A stretch of DNA of 64,000 nucleotides, from contig OX597832.1 of the NCBI GenBank assembly GCA_951406725.2, forward strand, positions 11,780,001 through 11,844,000. The letters are read 5' to 3'. Positions 12,779 to 23,449 of this stretch are shown here, in pieces. Both the position numbers and the translations under genes were made by a program. The notes beneath the pieces were generated by a model. It had not been told where the DNA came from, did not search any database, and worked only from the letters and a program-made list of their open reading frames with translations. Position 1 is the stretch's first letter. The number at the start of each line of letters is the position of its first letter. This stretch comes from Octopus vulgaris. Its lineage: Eukaryota.

Positions 12779-13300
12779 GAGTGAGAGAGCAGTGCATGCC
12801 ATCAAAGTGACACTGGGGTAAAATATACGAAACCCAGTATACCCATCATGACTATTCGTCTGATAAGGGTACACCAGGCACATGCATCACAACCATATGT
12901 GCGCGTCATGGTGATCTCATATCAAGATAAACAGCACATGATCTTGCAGGTGGGGCCTAGTTAGAATTTTCCTCGGGTCGAGTAGGCTTTCCTGCTCAAA
13001 AGGTCCTTGAATAAGGATTGTTTAAGGATGTTGAACGAAACACCCATGTTTCCAAAGGTGAATTATCAAAAACTTTAAGAGTTCATTTCAGCACACGACT
13101 ATGATGCTCCCCACTACTTCTGTTCGTGATCAGAGATGCACATATCGTCAGCTACTAAAGGGCATGCTCAACTGGTTAAGGTCAAACAACTGACAAGCAA
13201 ATCTGTGGTATTGAGCAGAATATTTGCTGTAGCCCATCTTTTATACCAAGACAAAACAATGTACATGATAATACTTCCAATCAGTTAAGATCAGAAGCTA

Positions 13301-13302
<2 letters not shown>
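12779..13302 (-). mobile_element. Element E: non-coding interspersed repeat inserted in (TTA)n
   Basis: Colinear reverse complement of 38081-38623, with (TTA)n immediately on both sides. Confidence 0.9.
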
Positions 13303-13338
<36 letters not shown>

Positions 13339-13339
13339 C

Positions 13340-13445
13340 TAAATCTACGGAGGACGACTTTGCCTTTCATCCTTTCGGGGTTGAGAAAATAAGTACCAGT
13401 TATGTACTGGGTTCGACGTAATCGACTTTTCTCTTCATGAAAATT
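13340..13445 (+). mobile_element. C' SINE fragment
   Basis: GAGGACGACTTTGCCTTTCATCCTTTCGGGGTTGAGAAAATAAGTACCAGTT. Confidence 0.8.
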
Positions 13446-13466
13446 CTGTTGTCGTTGCTGCTATTT

Positions 13467-13683
13467 AAGGTGGCGGCGGGCCGGCAAAATCGCTAGCATG
13501 AGTGGCAAAATGCTTAGCAGCATTCTACTCATCTTTACGTTCCGTGATCGAATTCCGCCAACGTCGACTTTCCATTTTATCATTCCAGAATCGCTAAAAT
13601 AATTATCAGATGAGCAATGGGATCGATATAATCGACTATCACTTCTCCAAAAAATGTCAGACCTTGTGCCTACAATAAAACAG

Positions 13684-13737
<54 letters not shown>
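13467..13737 (+). mobile_element. Full-length old C' SINE with a (TTA)n tail
   Basis: GGCGGCGGGCCGGCAAAATCGCTAGCA...AAATGCTTAGC...GAATTCCGCCAACGTCGACTTT...CCTTGTGCCTA followed by (ATT)n. Confidence 0.8.
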
Positions 13738-13740
<3 letters not shown>

Positions 13741-14053
13741 TCCACCTTAACGGAGGTGGTGGTATCGTTTTCAGTCGTTTTTGTTTGTTTGTCCGGGGCC
13801 AAGATATCTCAAGAACCGCTGAATGGATTTGGATGAAACTGATTTGGTACCAGGCAAGGATTTTGGATTATTTCGGGTTGTTTTTATTTTGCTTAATTTT
13901 TTAGAGTGGTTGGGTTCATTTTTAATATTGTCGTTTGTGAGAGCAGTCGAGTTTATTTCAGATGTTCTTCTTTTAAGAATCATCTCTGGCTAATCGTTGA
14001 GAAGACGTTGGTGTCGCCTTGGCGAAGGTTTGCACTCATTGAGTGATCTTGTT
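13738..14053 (+). mobile_element. DINE-1/HINE-like non-autonomous Helentron element
   Basis: The 5' end ACCTCCACC forms a local hairpin with GGAGGT. It is followed by a (GTTT)n tract and GATATCTCAAGAACCGCTGAATGGATTTGGATGAAACT. The 3' end has a subterminal IR GGCGAAGGT (14021-14029) and a stem-loop CACTCA-T-TGAGTG (14033-14045). Flanks are T-rich. Confidence 0.75.
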
Positions 14054-14450
14054 GTTGTTCTCCTTCTTCTTGTTCTTCTTCTTGTTCTTCTTCTTTTTCT
14101 TCTTCTTCTTCGTCTTCTGTTTCTTCTTCGTCTTCTTCGTCTTCGTCTCGTCTTCTTCGTCTTCTTCGTCTTCCTCGTCTTCTTCTTCTTCTTCGTCTTC
14201 TTCGTCTTCTTCTTCGTCTTCTTCGTCTTCTTCTTCTTCGTCTTCTTCGTCTTCTTCTTCTTCGTCTTCTTTTTCTTCTTCTTCTTCTTCGTCTTCTTCT
14301 TCTTCTATCACCACCTTCTTCTTCTTCTTCTTCTTCTTCTTCTTCTTCTTCTTCTTCTTCTTCTTCTTCTTCTTCTTCTTCTTCTTCTTCTTCTTCTATC
14401 ACCACCTTCTTCTTCTTCTTCTTCTCATTATTATTATTATTATTATTATT
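14054..14450. repeat. (TCT/TCG)n compound microsatellite followed by (ATT)n
   Basis: Read directly. It is the source of the poly-E/R/S/F ORFs at 13980-14486. Confidence 0.95.
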
Positions 14451-14804
14451 AATTTGAATTGTTTTGTTATAGTGTATTCCCACTGAATGACTGAGATCAA
14501 CTCTGTCATGGTTACGTAAACGAATTTCACTGTGGTTTCTATTTTTTATTTCAGTTATTTATTGCGTTGACAAGTAATTCGATTTATGCGAAAAGCCAAA
14601 TTTTTTCTATCTTATATACATAGATCTATCTACATCTTACGTATATAGATCAATCTATTTGTCTCTCTCTCTCTCCCTCTGTCTCTCTATCTCTTTCTCC
14701 CTATTTCTCTCTCTCTCTCTCTCTCTCTGTATATATATATATATATATATACATGTATGCATGCATGTATGTCCGTATGTGTGTGTATATGTACACGCAA
14801 ATGT

Positions 14805-14840
14805 ATATATATATATATATTTGTATATAATGTGTAAATT

Positions 14841-14884
<44 letters not shown>

Positions 14885-15080
14885 GTGTAAATTTCTGTGT
14901 GTATATGTATGTATATATATTATGTGTAAATTTGTATATATATATATATATAATGTGTAAATTTCTGTGTGTATATGTATGTATATATATTATGTGTAAT
15001 TTTTATATATATATATATATATATATTATGTGTAAATTTGTGTCTATATATATATTTGTATATATATTATGTGTAAACTT
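14805..15080. repeat. Minisatellite of ATGTGTAAATTT(G/C) plus (TA)n units
   Basis: ATGTGTAA(A)TTT recurs about 8 times, separated by TA/TG runs. Confidence 0.8.
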
Positions 15081-15521
15081 GTGTTTTGCATGTCAACAAA
15101 CCCTAGGGTTATGTTTATCTATTTAACTGCGACTCTATCATTTACAAGAAGGAAAAAAAAACGGTTATTTTTATAGGAAGAGTTTCTAGTTTCAATTTCA
15201 ATTTTCTGGTTATCCGAATCTAAATCTTTATAATTGGTTAGTTTTGACTTACCTCACAGAGATACATTCAACCATCCATTGTGATTTTTATTTTCTAAAG
15301 GCGTATATATTATTCATCGATTTTCATTGATAATAACAACCAGCGGATTTACATTAATCTAATTATCTATGTGAACCAGGATGTTTCACTAAATTATGAT
15401 TTTGTCTGTCTCTGGAAATTTTCGTTCTGTAAACTCGTCACAGCACTTTATGATAGTATTTCATAATACAGTGATTAATTATTTTTTCAGTAAGTTTTAT
15501 ATTGTGTGTTTGTGTGTGTGA

Positions 15522-15595
15522 ACAGGTGCAGATGTCGCTGCATGTTAAGAAGCTTACTTCTCAGATGGTTCCGAGTTCGGTCCCACTGCGTGGCA
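15522..15595 (+). mobile_element. SINE D head fragment
   Basis: TAAGAAGCTTACTT..ATGGTTCCGAGTTCGGTCCCACTGCGTGGCA matches the head of 20565. Confidence 0.7.
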
Positions 15596-15893
15596 TTTAT
15601 CTTCCCATACGGCCTTACACTCAACGGGGAAACCTACATCAACTGCCTGGAGGAAGTAGTTCTACCCTGGATGGCTGCTGGAAGACCTTATATCTAGCAA
15701 CAGGACTCTGCACCATGTCTTACTAGCAGGAGAACCCAGTCATGTCTGTCAGACAGTTTCTGTGACCATATCACTCCTAACATCTGGCCATCTAACTTCC
15801 CAAACTGCAAACCCCCTTTATTATTATGTGTGGGGCGCAGTTGAACGGGAGACCAACATAATTCGTTGTAACACCGAAAATGAGCTGAAGGCA
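15596..15893 (+). pseudogene. maT-type (DD37D) Tc1/mariner transposase fragment
   Basis: Translation is FIFPYGLTLNGETYINCLEEVVLPWMAAGRPYI*QQDSAPCLTSRRTQSCLSDSFCDHITPNIWPSNFPNCKPP(fs)YYVWGAVERETN..CNTENELKA. The spacing from QQD to the (D)YYVW position fits 37 residues; the third D itself is disrupted. Confidence 0.85.
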
Positions 15894-16298
15894 CAGCTTG
15901 CACCTCATAGAGTACCTGTATAACGAAATCCAAAGAAGGGTAAATGACATCCGTCCAATGCCGACAACTGCGACACAACTCGGTACAAGTTTTAACAGAG
16001 TGTGGGCTGTTATCGTCATGCCCTTCATGAATCGTTTAGTGCACTCACTGTGCAGAAGATGTCAGGCGGTAATCAACGCTAACGGTGCTCACACGAGATA
16101 TTGGGTTCATGACTTTGGATACAGGACACTCAGCCATCATGTGACACCATGTGACGTCAAACATGTTTCAGGATATGACGTGTTATCATTAGAAAAGAAT
16201 GGTTTCTTAATTAGCACTCTTCAATCAATGCTATGGCAGTCTGTTAATAAAACTGTTTCAACTCAGTATGTGTGCGACGTTTCTTTTGTGGTCCAGTA
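15894..16298 (+). pseudogene. Tc1-type (DD34E) transposase C-terminus with 3' UTR and right TIR
   Basis: LHLIEYLYNEIQRRVN..RVWAVI.MPFMNRLVHSLCRRCQAVINANGAHTRY corresponds to the LNPIEHLW...SMxRRCxAVIxAxGGxTxY motif. The element ends in GCGACGTTTCTTTTGTGGTCCAGTA abutting (TA)n. Confidence 0.85.
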
Positions 16299-16320
16299 TA
16301 TATATATATATATATATATG

Positions 16321-16352
<32 letters not shown>

Positions 16353-16404
16353 TGTATGTATGTATTCGTAAACACATACATATATATATTTATACGCGCA
16401 CACA

Positions 16405-16473
<69 letters not shown>

Positions 16474-16479
16474 ATATAT

Positions 16480-16664
16480 TTCAAGTTTTGGCAAGGCCAG
16501 CGTAAGTGGGTAGCTCCATGTAATCGAGCCCTGTGCCCAAACGGTCTCTATTTTATTGACCCCGCAAAGTTGAAAGGCAATGTTGACCACGGTGGAATTT
16601 GAACTCAGAAGGTAAAGATGGACGGAATGCAGCTTAGCATTTTGACCTGCGTGCTAACATTTCT
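16480..16664 (-). mobile_element. Old C' SINE body, host of copy 2
   Basis: TTGACCCCGCAAAGTTGAAAGGCAATGTTGACCACGGTGGAATTTGAACTCAGAA...GCGTGCTAACATTTCT. Confidence 0.8.
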
Positions 16665-16897
16665 TATTTCTTTATTGTCGACAAGGGGCTAAACATAGAG
16701 GGGACAAACAAGGACAGACAAACGGATTAAGTCGATTACATTGACCCCAGTGCGTAACTGGTACATAATTTATAGACCTGGAAAGGATGAAAGGCAAAGT
16801 CGACCTCGGCGGAATTTGAACTCAGAACGTAGCGGCAGACGAAATACCGCAAAACATTTCGCCTGGCGTGCTAACAAATCTGCCAGCTCGCCGCCTT
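16665..16897 (-). mobile_element. Young SINE, family C (copy 2)
   Basis: Full reverse-complement match to copy 1 and copy 4. Its tail abuts the head region of the older copy. Confidence 0.95.
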
Positions 16898-17530
16898 ATA
16901 CGCTCAAAAATATTAACTATATTTTGTCTACTTCTTTATGCGTTTTAGATTAAACCATGAAATGCAAAACGTGTGTGTATGTGTATGTGCGCGCGTGTTT
17001 CTGTATATTATGTGTGTGTTTGTGTAGTGAACAAGCCGTCAAAATGAAATTTTATTTTTCCTATTGGAAAAAAACTTTCTTTACAATTAACAAAAATGTC
17101 CTCACTTTTGACGCTGCGAAAATACTACGTTTATAATAATTTACTACTGACAATCTCTGTTTCGACTTTCAAGTGGTATATACTAAGTGCATTCAGGAAT
17201 TTTCTTGCTTTCCTGTCTAGACTTGCTAATTCAGTTAACTTCCAGTTGAGATTATTATAACTATGACTTATTAGTGTAAATGTTAGCGTATTGATACCTA
17301 TTATCTTATTTACTGCATTTATCTCTGTCTTAAGTTTTAATATTACAATTCTTTACCTAGGCGCGATGCCAGAGAAAGTAGTATTACAATGTGTCTATAA
17401 TTTGACGTCCTTAACTTTTCTTTCATTCGTGAGCATTGTACTATGTCTACTCAATTGATTTATTAGTATCTGTAGCTCTGTTCGGTCTAATTCTCTTAGG
17501 TGGCATTTAATAAACAAAAGTCTAAGTCTT

Positions 17531-17901
17531 TCTCTCTTTACTTGTTTCAGTCATTTTGACTGCGGCCATGCTGGAGCACCACCTTTAATCGAGCAACTCG
17601 ACCCCGGGACTTATTCTTTTGTAAGCCCAGTACTTATTCTATCGGTCTCTTTTGCCGAACCGCTAAGTAACGGGGACGTAAACACACCAGCATCGGTTGT
17701 CAAGCAATGCTGGGAGACAAACACAGACACGCATATACATAAATATATACATATATACGACGGGATTCTTTCAGTTTCCGTCTACCAAATCCAGTCACAA
17801 GGCTTTGGTTGGCCCGAGGCAATAGTAGAAGACACTTGCCCAAGGTGCACGCAGTGGTACTGAACCCGGAACCATGTGGTTGTTTGACAAGCTACTTACC
17901 A
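17531..17901 (-). mobile_element. SINE family D
   Basis: Near full-length reverse complement of 20565-20986. Confidence 0.92.
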
Positions 17902-19526
17902 TTGTTTTATTTTATATTCGTTTTCCTCTTTTCAGAGTTGCCTTGCCGCATTTTTCCTAAATCAAGTTTCATATTGTTTTGCAAAAAAATTCCGTGCGCT
18001 GGGTATAAAAGTGTTTCCATTTGTTTTGTATCTTCAATATACGTCCAAGAGTATCCATATTCGTTCGTACTCCCGTAGCATTTGCTTCTGATTCCTGCTT
18101 AAGTTAGCAAGCTAATTGATAACGCCAGGAACAAAAAAATATATTTGGAATAACATCCCTTTCTGATTTATTTTTTTGTGCGTGTGTTATTTTTTAAGTA
18201 TCATCTGTCTTGTTGTCTAGTTTCCCGCGATGGTTAAAGCGTTGCAGTTGTCACTCTCAGTACGCTCTTCCTTGGCAATCCTTTTGCTTTGCATATTTTT
18301 CCACCGAATACCAGGTTTTTACTGTTGTTAACAATGTATTGATTTCTAAATTTATTTTGAATTATATTTGAAAAAATCGTTCGGAGTGTAAGCCGAACCC
18401 ATTGCTTTGTTCAAAGGAACATTCTAGTTTATTACAACAACTGGAAGTTAGAGAGTTATCGAGAAACTTTCCTGTATAATTTTGTGATTTCATGTACTGT
18501 TGGTTTAAGTATTTATTTCTGTAGTATTTGCTGGTCTTGTTCTTTCAAGGTTTTTTTCTTTTTCATTGTACCCTTTAGCGGTTGGTGTTATCAAGTTATC
18601 CAAATACATAGAAAACAGCTGTAAGATATTTCCAGCGACAAAGAGATAAAGCATAATACGGATGGAACAAATGTATTTCTATCTTGTTCAAAGCTATTTC
18701 CTTCCAGTCATAAATACTCCAACGTCATACATGCTGCTAGAAAATATACACAGATACATCTTTCACTAGACATAGACCAGTGGATGAAAAATAAAATGAT
18801 ACCACAGCAGAAAAAAGTAGACACCATTAAATATGGGAGCTATAAAGGGTGTTACAATTTATTTCGTGGTGCTGTGAACAGAACTTTATAATGATAACAG
18901 TATAAGTAAAGATAGTAATATTATTGTTACCTATGAGCATAACAATAACATTGTTAGTAAATGCAGAATTTACCACTTCCGATCAGCATATTCCATCAGT
19001 GACATAAAAATGGCCAATGCTTCTGTTGCTGACATTCGGCATTGTTCTGTAGTAGTTGCAAACTAAAAACTAGAATAAAAGCTGACAATAAACAACGTGA
19101 TAAAATATGACTGTCTGAAGTAAGTCCAATGAATTGAAGGTGTAAGTTTAAGAGGTGTTCTTTAAAGACAAACATAGATTGCATGATACTATCTACAATG
19201 TCCGAGAGGTGTTTAAATAAACAATGTATCAGTATAAAAGAAAGAAAGGACTAACAGATAATAAATAACTGCAAGAGTAAATTAAAATGTAGACTATGTA
19301 GCTAACAGCTAAATACTGAACTTCAAAGGAGTACTGGAAACGAATACACCAGCGCTCATAGGTCAACCACTTTGAACAAACCTTAAAGCATACCACGTAT
19401 TGACAATTTTTTTTCTCAAAATGTATGCCATATATACAGTAAATATGATTATATGACAAGTGAATGCACGAACCTGACATGAACGGGTCTGTAGAAGCCA
19501 TCTTGTTCAATGCAGCAGCAGCAAGC

Positions 19527-19860
19527 GGAGGCGCAATGGCCCAATGGTTAGGGCAGCGGACTCGCGGTCGGAGGATCGCGGTTTCGATTCTCAGACCGGG
19601 CGTTGTGTGTGTTTATTGAGCGAAAACACCTAAAGCTCCACGAGGCTCCGGCAGGGGGTGGTGGCGACTCCTGTTGTACTCTTTCGCTCCAGCTTTCTCT
19701 CACTCTTTCTTCCTGTTTCTTGTCCCCGACTTCCTACGCAACCGTTGAGCCTGGATGCGCATTCATCCATCCGTCGATGCTCTCGGTGTCGGGGGTTGAC
19801 CTGCTTTCTCTTCTGCGGGTCTTACGAATAGCAAAGGACCACGTTTCGGACTTCTCCCAT
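19527..19860 (+). mobile_element. tRNA(Arg-like)-derived SINE, family B, 3' module type 1
   Basis: Head GGAGGCGCAATGGCCCAATGGTTAGGGCAGCGGACTCGCGG...GTTTCGATTC. The first ~190 bp are shared with 54526, and the 3' part is different. Confidence 0.88.
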
Positions 19861-20507
19861 CTTGCGAGCTCTGGAACGAAGACCATTCACTCAACAGCAT
19901 CAAGTCACTGCATCTGTAGATATTCAAAACAATACCTGCAATTCTTTCAAAATGTTAAATAAATCTTGTCTATGTAGAGCATTTCCCGGATGAATACGAA
20001 ATATTATACGACACAAACACTGACAATATATACTTAGAGACATACTAATATCATATAAACGCTCCATATGCACCTACCCACTAAAGGTCATCTGCACGTA
20101 CTTCAGATATCACGGAACACAACTAATATTACATCGTACAAAGACTATACTGATTACATTTATGAAAACACATTGTACGACCTTCTTTATGCTACGTGGA
20201 ATTACTTGTAAAGAATGAAATAGTTTGTTCATTGACGTAATATTGGCGTCAGTATTCAAGCTACTAAATTTAATTATCTCCCTTTATTTAGCTAGACATC
20301 TATACAAGCATTTATATATAATTGTACATTTACGAACGTCGCGAAGAATAATTGAGTGAAAATCTTTGTAATATCTCTTCAAACCACATGTAAAACATTT
20401 CGAGTATTTAAATGTAACTGTAGAACATGTATACCTGGTTATACACGACAGTCTATAGGGAGAGTATCTCTATACCGTATATGTTTAATGGGTATATATA
20501 TATATAT

Positions 20508-20555
<48 letters not shown>

Positions 20556-20564
20556 GTATATATT

Positions 20565-20724
20565 GGCTGTGTGGTAAGTAGCTTGCTTACGAACCACATG
20601 GTTCCGGGTTCAGTCCCACTGCGTGGCACCTTGCGCAAGTGTCTTCTACTATAGCCTCGGGCCGACCAAAGCCTTGTGAATGGATTTGGTAGACGGAAAC
20701 TGAAAGAAGCCTGTCGTATATATG

Positions 20725-20760
<36 letters not shown>

Positions 20761-20986
20761 GGTGTATGTTTGTGTGTCTTTGTTTGTCCCCCCCCAACAT
20801 CGCTTGACAACCGATGCTGGTGTGTTTATCTCCCCGTCACTTAGCGGTTCGGCAAAAGAGACCGATAGAATAAGTACTGGGCTTACAAAGAATAAATCTC
20901 GGCGTCGATTTGCTCGACTAAAGGCGGTGCTCCAGCTTCGCCGCTGTCAAATGACTGAAACAAGTAAAAGAGTAAGAGTAAAGAGT
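20565..20986 (+). mobile_element. SINE family D (CORE-like domain, internal microsatellite, (AAGAGT)n-like tail) inserted in (TA)n
   Basis: GGCTGTGTGGTAAGTAGCTTGC..GGTTCAGTCCC, GGCACCTTGCGCAAGTGTCTTCTACT, internal (TA)n(TG)n and tail GACTGAAACAAGTAAAAGAGT. Several copies occur in the window. Confidence 0.95.
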
Positions 20987-21319
20987 ATATATATATATAT
21001 ATATGAACTAGAGCCGATGAGAATGTCAAATAACTCTATTTTAGAAATGCTGAAGGCAATATGTTTAGCGCGGAAAAATCACTTAAAATTACTCAGAGAT
21101 AAAATGTGGCACAATCTTATACATCTATACTCATCCCCTTTTTTTGGTCTTATCTTTATATATTACCGCTTAGAGCACACATAAGATAACCACCTACATG
21201 GATAGCGATAAATATACATACATAGCGTTACAACTGGTTTCCTCTCGTTGAGCTGTGTACATGTACCTACATAGCCTTTTAACTGTATGAATACATCAAG
21301 CAATATCTCTTTGTCTATT

Positions 21320-21530
<211 letters not shown>

Positions 21531-21646
21531 CACACACATACACCCGCATGCCCTCGCTCGACCTGACATTACTTATACATTTGTGAGCGCGTGTGTGTGT
21601 GCAATTCACCGTGTTTATCAGTATATATAATTATATATATATATAT

Positions 21647-21759
<113 letters not shown>

Positions 21760-23219
21760 GCGTGTGTGTGTGTGTGTGAATATATTCATGTACATAATTA
21801 TGTGTGTGTGTATGAATATATGTATAACGAAACTGACGTAAATTCACTTGCACATTCACATAAATCTAAGATATATTTAGGCACATACATTTCTTCCCAG
21901 ATGGTTTCTTGTTTATATAATAGTTTGCGAAGAAAGTAGAAAGACACAAGAAAAGCATGACATGCAACGTTTCACAGATTAATGCGAAAACGTATTTTAT
22001 TTTTAGTTAGAGAAAAGAATCCTTTTTGGTATGTTAGTGGAATTTCTTTGCATTCAGAGCAAAGAGAAACGAAATATGCTATCTACCTTACGTTGAATGT
22101 ACAAATGACGAAAACAGACATAACCTCGATATCTCAGTACGAGAAAATGATAGAACACTATTAGATTTTTTAGAAAATTCTCGGAGAAAATATCTGAGCT
22201 CACGCTCTTTCATGCTTTTGATGTTTCACTTGTTCTTTGTACGTTGTGTTTGTAGTTCTTGTGCTGTGTTTTAAGGTGGAGTACTAATGGCTTATTTATA
22301 CAAGTTTGTGGTATTATACGTAAAGGGTGAATTCTATGATGTATGGATGTCTATTTCTTAACAGAAAGCTGCCTGTATGTTCCGTAACAAATATAAATGT
22401 AAATAATTTACGTTATTTCCACCTTTACAGTGCTGCTTTACTCCCATCAAAGGAGATATTTTAACGACTGAATGATCACTCAAAATTTTACAGACATGTA
22501 GTATGTCACATAATCTTTCGTCCCATTTAGTATCACCACTTCGCCTTTCAGCTCCTTTACCGAAGCCCAATCTGCTTCAACCATCCAGACCATATCTCCG
22601 AGTTGAGATGAAAGAAGCTGGTATGTTGGTGTAACCAATCTGTGTTGCAGTAACCTATAGGTTGTGGCTGCAAGGTCATATGAGTTACCTTTGCTCCTCT
22701 GAAAAAGCTATATTATCAAAATAGTTCTCAGAAACTAGTGTATCAACAACAGTAATATATATTGTATCATTTCCGATATGAACGCATTTTACAGGACGAT
22801 ATATCTGTTCTTTCCAGATCTACATGATATTTGCCATCATAATGTGATAAAAAAGATTGTTTTCTAGTGGTACATACATAATGAGCAAGTTCTTCAGAAT
22901 TACGTGTCATTTAGTCAAACCTTTATGGTATATCTGTTATTTAATTATTCAGTGATTTGTTGTGTAATGACGATGAATTTTATATGCTCCAAATGATGAA
23001 CAGAATAACTTCTGGAGATGCAAAGAATTTGCAACTCAAATGCGCTTGTTTACACAGCATCACGCTTGTCCTAAGTAGCTTGTAAAGTGTTGACTAAATC
23101 AATTCAACCATAAATTAAATATGTAGGCGCTCGTTCAAATCCCTGAAATGCTACAACTATGGCCTTCCCTTTATCATGAGAATAATTCAGTAAATTATTG
23201 TTAGAAAGCTGATAATACC

Positions 23220-23449
23220 TATTTCTTTATTACCCACAAGGGGCTAAACACAGAGGGGACAAACAAGGACAGACATAGGTATTAAGTTGATTACATCGAC
23301 CCCGGTGCGTAACTGGTACTTAATTTATCGACCCCGAAAGGATGAAAGGCAAAGTCGACCTCGGCGGAATTCGAACTCACAACGTAACGCAGACGAGATA
23401 CCGCTAAGCATTTCGCCCGGCGTGCTAACGTTTCTGCCAGCTCGCCGCC
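23220..23449 (-). mobile_element. Young SINE, family C (copy 3), full length
   Basis: A perfect 13-bp TSD, AGCTGATAATACC, lies at 23207-23219 and 23450-23462. Confidence 0.96.

Noticed and set aside
19440-19950. Faint CR1/L2-like 3' coding motif (AA..LWN...VDIFK) around SINE B; similar hints at 43270-43450 and 47330-47620
   Set aside because: Too decayed to define a frame or boundaries by eye.
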